Below, piece after piece: positions 18,420-28,146 of a stretch of DNA of 64,000 bases. The stretch lies in contig JAZAMN010000004.1 in the NCBI GenBank assembly GCA_036229005.1, positions 32,001 to 96,000 on the forward strand, written 5' to 3'. The stretch comes from Myxococcota bacterium (GTDB lineage: Bacteria; Myxococcota_A; UBA796; CAJQPC01). Both the position numbers and the translations under genes were made by a program. Position 1 is the stretch's first letter, and each line of letters starts with the position of its first letter. The notes under the pieces are model-generated. The model ran no database searches, was not told where the DNA came from, and worked only from the letters and a program-made list of their open reading frames with translations.

Positions 18420-20444
18420 ATGCAGAACCTGCTTCTCACCCTGATGCTGGCCTCTCCTCTGGCCGCTGCCCAGGACGACTACAGCATCAAGGAGAACCTG
18501 CCCAAGGGCAAGCTCAAGTACGAGAAGTACGAGTACGCGCCCGGCACCGTGGAGCTGTCCGGCACCGTCGAGGTCCCCCTCTACAGCGACTTCCGCGGCG
18601 ATCCCGCCCCCAAGCTGGCGGTGACCCTGCCCGAGAGCGAGGCCTTCCACGCCTTCTCGGTGGACCTCAACAGCCAGGGCATCTGGGTGACCGAGGGCTT
18701 CGCCGCCGCGGCGGGCGCCAAGGTCAAGGAGAATCAGGGCGGCAAGGTCGCCGTGATCCCCGAGATGCACATCGGTGAGCTGGTCCTGCGGGACGTGAAC
18801 GTGCGCATCGGCGGCAACAAGCTGGGCCTGCACGCCTTCTCCGAGCTGGCGGTGGCGCTGCTCCCCTCCGAGGGTGTGGCCCGCTTCGCGCTGGCTGGCG
18901 CCGAGGGCGAGGCGCTGGTCGCTGCGGTCGGTGAGGCCGTGCCCTACAGCAGCATGGGCGGCACCTACTTCAAGTACATGCGCGAGAAGCAGTACCTGAG
19001 CACCGACGCGATCGTGATCAACGGTCAGGTCAACGGCCAGGATGCGCTGGTGTACCTGGGCGGCCCCAGCGTCATGGTGGACGACGACATGGTGGAGGGC
19101 GAGCCCCTGACCACCTTCGGTCTGAACCGCTACTACCTCTCCCAGGTCAGCGTGGGCGGCGCGTCGCTGCTGCTGATGGCCCAGGGCTACAACAACCCGC
19201 CGTACTACCCCGATTTTGGGGGCGTGACCCTGGACAGCAGCGTGACCGCCGGCTGGGATCTGGCCTACGACCCCGCGTCCATGACCGTGGCCTTCAAGCC
19301 GGCGGAGACCCTGGCCTACGTGTCCACCTGGGACATCGAGCTCGCCGAGGCCCTGGCCGATCTGGAGGCTCCGGCCCCCGCCGAGGGTGAGGAGCCCGCA
19401 GAGGCCCCCGACCTGAGCGGCGCCCACAGGGCCGTGGCCAACCTCTACCTGCAGAACGACATGGGCACCGAGGCCCTGGAGCACGCGGAGAAGGTGGTCG
19501 AGGCCAAGCCCGAGTCCTGCAGCGCCCACCTGCTGCTGGGCGACGCCCAGTTCGCCGCGGGCAAGAACAAGGCCGCGATGGCCAGCTACCAGACCGCTGG
19601 GGATCTCTACTCGGCCTGGGCCGACAAGCCCCTGGTCGAGCGCGACGCTCTGGCCGAGGCCTCCGAGGAGGACCCCAGCCTGGCCGACAAGATCCAGACC
19701 CATAGCTGCCACGTGGCCTGGGGCAACCAGGCCGAGGTCGCCCTGTCCATGGGCGACTTCGACAAGGCGCTGGCGGTGTTCGACGAGCACATGGACCTGG
19801 ACGCGAACCTCGCCATGGTGGCCGCGCAGGCCTACCTGGCCCAGGAGCGCTACGACGACGCCCTGGCCGCGATGTACCAGGCCCGCCTGATCAACCAGAA
19901 CCTGGACGCGCAGGGCGCCCTGACCCTGGCCGTCGCACAGCACGCCAGCGGCAACGCCGGCGCGCTGGCCAACTACCGCTACGCCGCTGACTTCGGCGGC
20001 CTGGCCGAGGCCCGCGCCTACGCCAGCGCCCTGGTCGACCTCCAGGGTGCCGAGGGCGCCCTGGCCCTCAAGGAGGGCGCCCGGGTGGACGCCAACTGGT
20101 CCCTGGCCCTCGCAGAGGCGCTGGACGCTGGCTACCAGGACAGCGCCAAGGCTTGGAAGGACGCCGTCAAGGCCTACGAGCGCGAGCAGGTGCTCCGCGC
20201 TGGCGACGCCGACTTCTGGGCCGGCTACGGCATCGCCCTGCTGAACGCGGGCGACCAGGCTGGCGCCGCCGAGGCCCTCAAGGCCGGTATGGAGCTGGAC
20301 GCCAGCTCCGCGCAGGTGCTGATGCTGGCTGGTGACCTGGCCGCCGCCAAGGGCGACTACGACAAGGCGCGCAAGCTCTACGAGAAGGCCGCCAAGGGCA
20401 CCCCCATGGTCGCCACCTACGCCGGGCTGCTCGCCTCCAAGTGA
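18420..20444 (+). CDS. Exported protein with degenerate retropepsin-like N-terminal domains and C-terminal TPR repeats
   Basis: Signal peptide; FSVDLNSQGIWV, IPEMHIGELVLRDV, IVINGQVNG; Ala-rich TPR helices (AHLLLGDAQF, LAGDLAAAKGDYDKARKLYEKA). Confidence 0.65.
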   Translation: MQNLLLTLMLASPLAAAQDDYSIKENLPKGKLKYEKYEYAPGTVELSGTVEVPLYSDFRGDPAPKLAVTLPESEAFHAFSVDLNSQGIWVTEGFAAAAGAKVKENQGGKVAVIPEMHIGELVLRDVNVRIGGNKLGLHAFSELAVALLPSEGVARFALAGAEGEALVAAVGEAVPYSSMGGTYFKYMREKQYLSTDAIVINGQVNGQDALVYLGGPSVMVDDDMVEGEPLTTFGLNRYYLSQVSVGGASLLLMAQGYNNPPYYPDFGGVTLDSSVTAGWDLAYDPASMTVAFKPAETLAYVSTWDIELAEALADLEAPAPAEGEEPAEAPDLSGAHRAVANLYLQNDMGTEALEHAEKVVEAKPESCSAHLLLGDAQFAAGKNKAAMASYQTAGDLYSAWADKPLVERDALAEASEEDPSLADKIQTHSCHVAWGNQAEVALSMGDFDKALAVFDEHMDLDANLAMVAAQAYLAQERYDDALAAMYQARLINQNLDAQGALTLAVAQHASGNAGALANYRYAADFGGLAEARAYASALVDLQGAEGALALKEGARVDANWSLALAEALDAGYQDSAKAWKDAVKAYEREQVLRAGDADFWAGYGIALLNAGDQAGAAEALKAGMELDASSAQVLMLAGDLAAAKGDYDKARKLYEKAAKGTPMVATYAGLLASK

Positions 20445-20458
20445 TGCCCCAGTGAGCC

Positions 20459-20478
20459 GAGCGCCCGGGGGGGCGCTC
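20459..20478. terminator. GC-rich hairpin between convergent genes
   Basis: GAGCGCCC-GGGG-GGGCGCTC. Confidence 0.45.
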
Positions 20479-20836
20479 AGCCTGCCGCGCTCCAGCGCTC
20501 CAGCAGGGCGCGGTAGAAGCCCGAGTTGAGCAGCCAGAGCTGCAGCACAAAGCCCGCCGCGCAGAGCCCCAGGCCCCCCAGGGCCAGCTTGCGCAGGCGG
20601 ACCAGCTCGCCGGACAGAGCCAGGGGGAGCTGTCCCTGGCGGACGCGCTCCCGCTCGGCCTCGATGCGCTGAAGCGCGAGCAGCGTCAGGACCAGCCCGG
20701 GGACGCCGGTGCAGGTCAAGAGCCCCAGCAGGTCCAGGGGCAGGCCGATGCCCAGGAGCACGCGGATCCCTCGCCGGCGGAAGGGCACGCCCCCACCGCC
20801 AAAGAGGCGGTCGACCCGGCGGTCTCCCTTGGCCAT
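20477..20836 (-). CDS. Small hypothetical membrane protein
   Basis: Two to three hydrophobic segments; directly downstream of plsB on the same strand. Confidence 0.6.
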   Translation of the reverse strand: MAKGDRRVDRLFGGGGVPFRRRGIRVLLGIGLPLDLLGLLTCTGVPGLVLTLLALQRIEAERERVRQGQLPLALSGELVRLRKLALGGLGLCAAGFVLQLWLLNSGFYRALLERWSAAG

Positions 20837-20843
20837 CAGGCCC

Positions 20844-23477
20844 TCACAGGCCGTGCAGCCGGCTCTCGTCGCCGACGTCGCCGATGCGGAGCAGGGTGCG
20901 CAGCAGGTGGATGGCCTCCCGGCCCCGCTCGGGGTGCAGGGCCAGGCTGTTGTTCTCCTGGGGGACCAGGGCGCCCATCTGCTGGAGCTGCCTGAGGGCG
21001 TTGCGCAGGTTGACTGCGTTCAGGGCCTCCGGGCGGCGCAGGTCCTGGACGGCCAGGAACTGGGCACCCACCCGCTGCAGCTCCTTGACCTGCTCCTTGC
21101 TGCCTCCCTGGAGCTGCCCGGCCGCGCGGAGCACCAGGTAGTAGGACTCCAGGAAGTTGGTGGTGAGCTCCGCCAGCTCGCCCACCCGGGGCTTCTCCAG
21201 CACGGTCCAGCGGCCCTGCTCGTCGGGGGCCTGGATCGCCCCCACGTGCTCGAGCTGCGCCAGCCCGCTGCCCAGCAGGTCGGTGTCCACGGTCTCGGGG
21301 TCCAGGATGAACTCCTGGCGCAGCAGCTCGCGCTGGAAGGCCAGCAGGGGCAGCAGCTCCGGGGTGGTGAAGCGCTCCTGGCCGCGGGCGCGGATGACCG
21401 CGGCCACCAGGCTGCCCGGGAGCAGCAGGTGCATCACCGAGTTCTTGTAGTATTCCAGGGTGATGCGGTGCTTGGGCACCGGCTGGATCACCACGTCGTC
21501 GGCGCCCGACAGTTCCTCGACCATGCCTTCTCGGGCAAAGCGGGCGAGGGCTTCTTGACGGGCCCAAGAGGGGTGGACCAGGGAGCGAGAGAGCTCCGCA
21601 CCCGCCTCGATCAGGAGCTGCCGGAAGCGCTCGATCCGAGCGGCCAGGACCCGACCGGGGACCGCAGGCACGGCCTGGGCGAGCAGAGCCAGGGCCACCA
21701 GTCCGGTGGGGAGGACCACCGCCTCGTTGTTGATTCGGTCGACCAGGCGCTCGCCCAGGTGCTGCAGGCGGGCCTTGCGCTCGTCGAGCTCCAGGTGGGC
21801 CCAGTCGGCGCGGTCCTCGGCGGGAGGACAGACCTCGGAGAGCTTGATGGGGTCGCCGATGCGCAGGTAGACCCGGCCGTAGCGCTTGAAGAGGGCGCGG
21901 CTGGCGCGGAGCAGGCCGCCCACGGACTCCGCCTCTTTCTCGCCGCCGCTCAGCTCGCGGGCGTAGGGCTTCTCCTCGGCCACCTGCTCGTAGGTGATGT
22001 TGATGGGGAGCCAGCTCACCTCGGAGTCGGGTCGGCTCTCGCGCACCTCCAGGCCGGACTCCAGGGTGTAGCCCAGGATGCCCAGCTTGGGGGGCAGGCA
22101 CTTGCCCGTGCGGGAGCGCCCGCCCTCGATGAAGAACTCCACGGTACTGCCCTGGCGGAACAGGTGCGTGAGGTAGGCCGAGAGCAGCGTGGGGAAGAGC
22201 CGCTCTCCGGAGAAGCTGCGCTTGATGAAGATCGCGCCGAAGCTGCGGAAGAAGGGGCCCAGCGGCCAGAAGCTCAGGTTCTCCCCGGCGATCACGTGGG
22301 GGATCATCACCTGGTTGTCGTGCAGCACGCTGGTCATGAGCACGTAGTCCAGGTGGCTGCGGTGGCTGGGGACCAGCACGGCCACGCCCTCGCGCTTGGC
22401 GGCGCGCACCTTCTCGATGTCCTCGGGCTTGACGTCGATGCCCTGGAACAGGCTCTTCCACAGCCAGTCCACCGCCCGCTCGGCCCAGCGGATGCCCCGG
22501 AAGGACATGCGGGCGGCCATCTTCTCGTACTCGCGCAGCAGCTCCTTCTGGATGGAGCGCACCGGGCGGCTCTGGGCCTGGGACTCCTGCACGATCAGCG
22601 ACTGGATGCGCGGGCTGGTGAGCACCTGGCGGCGGGTCCAGCTCGCGGGCATCAGCTTGGGGCCGGTCAGGACCCGCTGCTCCTGGGAGATGTGGCGGCG
22701 CAGCAGGCGGCGGAGTCGGCGGGCCTGGCGCTTGGAGTCGTCGCCCCGGAAGCGGTCCTGGTACTCCTCCAGGTCCACCGGCGAGCCCACCTGGACCACC
22801 GCGGAGCGCTGCCCAAAGGCCGCACCCAGCAGCTTGTTGAAGGAGCCCCAGCTCTCCTCGGCGGCGGCCAGGGCGCGGAAGGTCAGGCCCCCCGCCTTCT
22901 CGGGGGCGCGCTGCCACTGGAGCACCACGGGGAGGAGCTGAATGGGGCGCTCCGAGCGCTCCTGGGCCTGGAGCAGCGCCGGCACTGGGTCGGGCCAGCT
23001 CTCCTCTTCGAAGAGGGTGGACAGCGAGGGTGCGCGCCGCAGGAACACCGCCGCGTGCTGTCCTCGGGCCACGCTCTGGGTGAGCCAGCCCACGTCCACT
23101 GGGTTGGGCAGGCGCCCGTGGCGGAAGAACCACAGCAGCTTGTCGCGCCCCACGGCCAGGGCGTCCAGCAGGGGAGACCACAGCGTCGTGGACACGCCCG
23201 TGCCGTAGTTGGCCAGGGGCAGGCGCCGGCGCTTGAGCACAAAGTTCAGCGCCAGGTAGTCCACCGGCGAGCGCGTGTGCATCACGTAGACCACCGGGCC
23301 CTTCGCGGCGGCCTGGCGCACGGTCTCGGCGCTCTCCTCGCTCATCTGCAGCTTGCGCATGAGCAGGCCCAGGCCCGCCAGGTGGAACAGGGCCCCAAAG
23401 CGCCGCAGCATGGCGCTGTGGTAGAGCGAGGTCGGGATGGCCGGGACGGCCTCCGGGGGCTGCAGGTCCTGGCTCAA
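20844..23477 (-). CDS. plsB: Glycerol-3-phosphate acyltransferase PlsB-like
   Basis: PSHRSHLDY (HxxxxD), AGENL, GAIFIKRSF, FFIEGGRSRTGK. Confidence 0.85.
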   Translation of the reverse strand: MSQDLQPPEAVPAIPTSLYHSAMLRRFGALFHLAGLGLLMRKLQMSEESAETVRQAAAKGPVVYVMHTRSPVDYLALNFVLKRRRLPLANYGTGVSTTLWSPLLDALAVGRDKLLWFFRHGRLPNPVDVGWLTQSVARGQHAAVFLRRAPSLSTLFEEESWPDPVPALLQAQERSERPIQLLPVVLQWQRAPEKAGGLTFRALAAAEESWGSFNKLLGAAFGQRSAVVQVGSPVDLEEYQDRFRGDDSKRQARRLRRLLRRHISQEQRVLTGPKLMPASWTRRQVLTSPRIQSLIVQESQAQSRPVRSIQKELLREYEKMAARMSFRGIRWAERAVDWLWKSLFQGIDVKPEDIEKVRAAKREGVAVLVPSHRSHLDYVLMTSVLHDNQVMIPHVIAGENLSFWPLGPFFRSFGAIFIKRSFSGERLFPTLLSAYLTHLFRQGSTVEFFIEGGRSRTGKCLPPKLGILGYTLESGLEVRESRPDSEVSWLPINITYEQVAEEKPYARELSGGEKEAESVGGLLRASRALFKRYGRVYLRIGDPIKLSEVCPPAEDRADWAHLELDERKARLQHLGERLVDRINNEAVVLPTGLVALALLAQAVPAVPGRVLAARIERFRQLLIEAGAELSRSLVHPSWARQEALARFAREGMVEELSGADDVVIQPVPKHRITLEYYKNSVMHLLLPGSLVAAVIRARGQERFTTPELLPLLAFQRELLRQEFILDPETVDTDLLGSGLAQLEHVGAIQAPDEQGRWTVLEKPRVGELAELTTNFLESYYLVLRAAGQLQGGSKEQVKELQRVGAQFLAVQDLRRPEALNAVNLRNALRQLQQMGALVPQENNSLALHPERGREAIHLLRTLLRIGDVGDESRLHGL

Positions 23478-24412
23478 TCCAACCCCACGATCAGCAAGGT
23501 GCGGGCGTTGTCGCCGTCCAGATCCAGGCGCATGGCCCCGGTGTGCAGCCGCAGCCCGTCCAGCTCGGTCCAGGCCATCGGCCCCAGCACGGCGCTCTGC
23601 TCACCCTGGGTCGCCAGCACGCCCAGGTCCCGCCCCCGCTGGCTGTCGTCGTCCCAAGGGCAGGTCTCCGTTGCGTCCTCCAGGCTCAGGGTGCCAAAGA
23701 GCGGCACCCCCTCCAGCCCCACCGCCGTCATCAGGTCGGCCGAGGGCTCGTAGGCCCCCGCGCTGTCCACCCAGCCAAGCTGCAGCGCGTAGCCGGCGTC
23801 GTACACCGCGGCCCAGCGCTGCTCGCCCTCGCCAAAGAGCAGCACGCCGAGCTGGGCGTCGGCCTCCAGCGCCGGGATCAGCGCGTAGGCATCGTTCAGG
23901 CTCAGGGTCAAAGTCGCCGGGGTCTCGGGCGTGGTCGCCGCGCCGGTCTCGTCCTCCCCGTAGGCCGCCTGGGACGCGCAGCTCAGGGCCAGAGCCGAGC
24001 GGTCGCCGTCCTGACAGCCCGCATCCACCGTGCAGCCCAGCAGCAGCGCATAGCGCCAAAGCTCAGGCGCCTCGTAGCCCAGATGGGGCGCCGTCAGTGG
24101 GTCGGGGCACTCCGGAAACTCGGCGTTCGAGAAGCTGTTTGAGGAGTCGTCTGCCTCCCCAGCGTCCGCGCACAGGGTGCTGTCCCCGCAGTCGTCGGTC
24201 AGCGTCGGGTCGCTGTCATCGCAGTCCCCGGCCTCCGTCACCGCGCCCGAGGGCTGCTCGCAGGCGATGATCTTCTGGGTCTCATCGCCCAGGCCGTCCC
24301 CGTCCGCGTCCACGTAGAAGAGGCTGCGCTGCTCGCAGTCCCGAGGCGCCGCCGTGTCCTCCAGTTGCTGGAGGTAACAGCCGGTCAGGGCGGAGAGGAG
24401 GAGGAGCTGCAT
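23474..24412 (-). CDS. Hypothetical lipoprotein with one MopE-type repeat
   Basis: MQLLLLSALTGC; FYVDADGDGLGD...ACEQPSG...GDCDDSD. Confidence 0.65.
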   Translation of the reverse strand: MQLLLLSALTGCYLQQLEDTAAPRDCEQRSLFYVDADGDGLGDETQKIIACEQPSGAVTEAGDCDDSDPTLTDDCGDSTLCADAGEADDSSNSFSNAEFPECPDPLTAPHLGYEAPELWRYALLLGCTVDAGCQDGDRSALALSCASQAAYGEDETGAATTPETPATLTLSLNDAYALIPALEADAQLGVLLFGEGEQRWAAVYDAGYALQLGWVDSAGAYEPSADLMTAVGLEGVPLFGTLSLEDATETCPWDDDSQRGRDLGVLATQGEQSAVLGPMAWTELDGLRLHTGAMRLDLDGDNARTLLIVGLD

Positions 24413-24440
24413 GGCCTTCAGGGTATCCGCCCCCACCCCC

Positions 24441-25505
24441 TCAGGCGAGACCTTGCAGCGCCTCGCGCACCACCTGTGTCCACGGCCGCAGCATCCTGGC
24501 CGCTCGGCGACCTCTCCAGGACTCCACCCCATCGGCGAGGTCATGCTGGCCCACGACAGCGCCCCCTTCGCCAATCCAGGCGCGCAGATCCCCCACGTCC
24601 GTGGCCACCACCGGGGTCCCCTGCGCGCGGTAGGCCCACAGCTTGAGGGGGCAGAACCAGGGGGGCGCGTCTGCGGGGTAGGGGAGCAGGCCCACGTCCA
24701 TGGCCGCGATGTGGTCGGCCACCCCCTGCTCGTCCAGGCGGCCGGTGCAGTGGACGCCGGGGGGCGGGGCCACCGGGCCGTCGCCCACCACGAGCCCGCG
24801 GGCCCCGGGGACCGCGGCCACCAGCTCCGGCAGGCGCTCCGCGCCGTGCCAGGGCTTCATGGAGCCCACGAAGCCAAGCACCAGTGTGTCCTCGTCTGCG
24901 CCGAGGAGCTTGCGGGTGTTCGGGCGGTCCCCGGTCAGAGGGGGGGTGCCGTTGGGCACCAGGCGGATCCGCGCCTCTTCGACCCCCTGGTCCTCCAGCC
25001 AGTTGGCGAGCCAAGGGGAGACGACCACGAAGCGGTCTGCGTGGCGGAGGGCGACGGCCTGGCAGCGGGCGGCGTAGGCGGGGTCGCGGAGCTCCTCGAA
25101 GCGGGCGCGCTCCTGGGCGATGGGGGCGTTGATCTCCAGTACCCAGGGGACACGCAGACGGCGCTGACAGTCACGGCCGGCCAGGGAGAAGAGGCTCCAG
25201 CGCTCGTAGACCAGCTCGGGGCGGGGGCCGCGCTGGACCTGCCGGGCGACGCGCTTGCCGATCCAGGTCTCGCGGCGCTCCCGGTAGCGGGGCAGCCAGC
25301 TCGGCCAGCCTTGGTTGCCGACGGTTTCGATGGGGACGGGGACCTGGCCGTGGACGCCGCGGCGGTCCTGCTCCAGGGAGGCCACGATGCGCAGGGAGTG
25401 CCCCAGGTCCACCATGGCCTGGGCGACCCCGCGCAGGTGGGCCGACGCGCCTGAAGGCCCCAGCACCGGGATGCCGGGGGCCGGGGCCAGCAGGGCGATG
25501 CGCAA
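24441..25505 (-). CDS. Glycosyltransferase family 4
   Basis: MRIALL, VYERWSLF, VLEINAP, GFVGSMKPWHG, FCPLKLWAYRAQGTPVVATDVG. Confidence 0.85.
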   Translation of the reverse strand: MRIALLAPAPGIPVLGPSGASAHLRGVAQAMVDLGHSLRIVASLEQDRRGVHGQVPVPIETVGNQGWPSWLPRYRERRETWIGKRVARQVQRGPRPELVYERWSLFSLAGRDCQRRLRVPWVLEINAPIAQERARFEELRDPAYAARCQAVALRHADRFVVVSPWLANWLEDQGVEEARIRLVPNGTPPLTGDRPNTRKLLGADEDTLVLGFVGSMKPWHGAERLPELVAAVPGARGLVVGDGPVAPPPGVHCTGRLDEQGVADHIAAMDVGLLPYPADAPPWFCPLKLWAYRAQGTPVVATDVGDLRAWIGEGGAVVGQHDLADGVESWRGRRAARMLRPWTQVVREALQGLA

Positions 25506-25511
25506 GTCGGC

Positions 25512-26690
25512 TCAGGCCTGGACGGCCTGGATGGCCTGCTCCAGGTCAGCGATCAGGTCGTCCACGTGCTCGATGCCCACGCTGGCGCGGACCAGGCCGT
25601 CGGCGATGCCGATCTTCTGGCGAACGTCGGGGGGGATGGAGGCGTGGGTCATGGCCGCGGGCAGCTCGATCAGGGACTCGACGCCGCCCAGGGACTCGGC
25701 CAGGGTGAACACCTTGGTGGCCGCGCAGAAGCGCTCGGCGGCGGCCAGGTCCATGTCCAGCTCGAAGGAGATCATGCCGCCAAAGCCGCTCATCTGGCGG
25801 GTGGCCAGGGCGTGCTGGGGGTGGCTCTCGTCGGTGGGGTAGTAGACGCGGGTGACCTTGGGGTGGGCCTTGAGCCAGGTGACCAGGGCCTTGGCGTTCT
25901 CCTGGTGGCGGGCCATGCGGATGGCCAGGGTCTTGATGCCGCGCAGGGTGAGCCAGCAGTCCCAGATGCCGGGGACGCCGCCGGTGCCGTTCTGGACGAA
26001 GCGGATCCGCTCGAACAGGGCGGTGTCGGTGGTGATGACCGCGCCGCCGACCACGTCGGAGTGGCCGTTGATGTACTTGGTGGTGCTGTGGACCACGATG
26101 TGCGCGCCCAGCGCCAGGGGCTGCTGGAAGATGGGGGTGGCGAAGGTGTTGTCCACCACGCAGATGGCGCCGACCTCGCGGGCCCGGGCGGCCAGGGCGG
26201 CGATGTCCGAGACCTTGAGCAGCGGGTTGGTGGGCGACTCCAGCCACACCAGCTTGGTGCCGGCGGGGATGGCCTGCTCCGGGGTGACGCTGGTGAAGTC
26301 GACGAACGAGAACTCCAGGCCCTGGCGGGAGAAGATCTTGGTGAACTGGCGGTAGGTGCCGCCGTACACGTCGTCGCCGCAGACCACGTGGTCGCCGGCG
26401 GACAGCAGGTGCATCACCGCCGCAGTGGCCGCGCTCCCGCTGCCAAAGGCCGCGCAGTGGGCGGGCTCGGACACGCCCCGGCCCTCCAGGGAGGCGATGG
26501 CGGCCTCCAGCTTCTCGCGGGTGGGGTTCTGGGAGCGGCTGTACTCGTAGCCGTTCAGGGGCTTGCCGACGGCCGGCTGCGCGTAGGTGCTGGTCTGGAA
26601 GACCGGGGGCATCACCGCGCCGGTGGTGGGCTCGGGGGCCTGGCCGCCGTGGATGGCCAGGGTCTCGGGCTTGGTGGACTCGGTGCTCAC
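25512..26690 (-). CDS. Cystathionine gamma-lyase/synthase (PLP-dependent transsulfuration enzyme)
   Basis: YEYSRSQNPTR, ESPTNPLL, VDNTFATP, HSTTKYINGHSD, LAESLGGVESL. Confidence 0.92.
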   Translation of the reverse strand: MSTESTKPETLAIHGGQAPEPTTGAVMPPVFQTSTYAQPAVGKPLNGYEYSRSQNPTREKLEAAIASLEGRGVSEPAHCAAFGSGSAATAAVMHLLSAGDHVVCGDDVYGGTYRQFTKIFSRQGLEFSFVDFTSVTPEQAIPAGTKLVWLESPTNPLLKVSDIAALAARAREVGAICVVDNTFATPIFQQPLALGAHIVVHSTTKYINGHSDVVGGAVITTDTALFERIRFVQNGTGGVPGIWDCWLTLRGIKTLAIRMARHQENAKALVTWLKAHPKVTRVYYPTDESHPQHALATRQMSGFGGMISFELDMDLAAAERFCAATKVFTLAESLGGVESLIELPAAMTHASIPPDVRQKIGIADGLVRASVGIEHVDDLIADLEQAIQAVQA

Positions 26691-28078
26691 TTGCGGCCTC
26701 CGTTGCGGGCGGCGATGTAGTCGATCAGGTCGATCTTGGTGATGATGTCGTGGACCTTGTGGCTGTTGCCCTTGGAGCTGACCACGAACGCGACCTTGTA
26801 GCGACGGAACAGGTCGGTGAGCACCTCGACGGACTCGGCGTCCTCGATGGTGCAGTAGTCCATCTGGATCAGGTCCTGGACCTTGGAGTTCTCGCCGCCG
26901 CTCTTGAGGCTGTGCTCCAGCAGCGCGGTCTCGCTCAGGATGCCGACGATCTGGCCGTCGTCCAGCACGGGGACCTGGGACACGCCCTTCATCTTCATCA
27001 GGCCGATGACCTCGGCGGCCGTCGCATCGGGGCCCACCGAGACGAGCTTGCGGGTGCCCATGTGCTTGACCAGGTCACGCACGCGGCCCATCGAGGACTT
27101 GGCGTCCAGGAAGCCCTGCTCACGCATCCAGGAGTCGTTGAAGATCTTGGACATGTAGCGGGAGCCGGAGTCCGGCAGGATGACCAGCACCTTGAGGTCG
27201 GGCTTGTCGTTGCGCTCGATCCACTTGAGCGCGCCAGCCACCACGGAGCCGCCGGAGCCGCCGCAGAAGATGCCCTCCTCCTGGACGATGCGCCGGGTCA
27301 TCTGGAAGGACTCGACGTCGTTGACGCGGACCACGTCGTCGATGAACTCCCACTGCACGGTCGAGGGCATGAAGTCCTCGCCGATGCCCTCGACCACGTA
27401 GGTGTAGGGCTGGGTCATCTGGCCGGTGTGGAAGTAGTCGAAGTAGACCGAACCCACGGGGTCCACACCGATGATCTGGACCTTGGGGTTGGTCTTCTTG
27501 AAGTACTCGCCGATCCCGGAGATCGTGCCGCCGGTGCCCAGGCCGCAGATGATCGCGTCCAGCTCTTCGCCCATCTGGTCCCAGATCTCTGGGCCGGTGG
27601 ACAGCAGGTGGGTCCGGGGGTTGGAGGGGTTGTGGTACTGGTTCGCGTAGAACGCGCCGGGCTCTCCGGCCAGCTTCTTGGACACGCTGTAGTAGCTGCG
27701 CTCGTCCTCCGGCTCGACGGCGGTGGGCGTGATGACCACCTTGGACCCGTAGGCGCGCAGCGCGGCGCGCTTCTCCTCGGACTGCTTGTCAGGCATCACG
27801 AAGGTGCAGGTGTAGCCCTTGACCGCGGCGACCATGGCCAGGCCCGCGCCGGTGTTGCCAGAGGTGCCCTCCACGATCTTGCCGCCCGGCTTGAGGGTGC
27901 CATCCGCTTCGGCGTCGGCGACGATCTGCAGGGCCAGGCGGTCCTTGATGGACCCGGCCGGGTTGAGCATCTCCAGCTTGGCGTAGAGCTTGCCCTGGAT
28001 CCCCTTGGTGACGCTGTTCAGGCGGACGATCGGCGTATCGCCCACGGCCTCCAGGACGTTGTTGTAGACCTTGCGCAC
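26687..28078 (-). CDS. cbs: Cystathionine beta-synthase with C-terminal CBS domain pair
   Basis: KLEMLNPAGSIKDR, TSGNTG, NQYHNPSNP, GLGTGGT, LPDSGSRYMSKIFND, then SQVPV...IITKIDLI; GTG at 28078 after AAGGAG. Confidence 0.9.
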   Translation of the reverse strand: MRKVYNNVLEAVGDTPIVRLNSVTKGIQGKLYAKLEMLNPAGSIKDRLALQIVADAEADGTLKPGGKIVEGTSGNTGAGLAMVAAVKGYTCTFVMPDKQSEEKRAALRAYGSKVVITPTAVEPEDERSYYSVSKKLAGEPGAFYANQYHNPSNPRTHLLSTGPEIWDQMGEELDAIICGLGTGGTISGIGEYFKKTNPKVQIIGVDPVGSVYFDYFHTGQMTQPYTYVVEGIGEDFMPSTVQWEFIDDVVRVNDVESFQMTRRIVQEEGIFCGGSGGSVVAGALKWIERNDKPDLKVLVILPDSGSRYMSKIFNDSWMREQGFLDAKSSMGRVRDLVKHMGTRKLVSVGPDATAAEVIGLMKMKGVSQVPVLDDGQIVGILSETALLEHSLKSGGENSKVQDLIQMDYCTIEDAESVEVLTDLFRRYKVAFVVSSKGNSHKVHDIITKIDLIDYIAARNGGRK

Positions 28079-28146
28079 GGTGGCTCCTTGTCGGTGCGGG
28101 AACGGGGGAGGGCTATAATCCGACAACGCAATCCTGGAGCGCCGGC

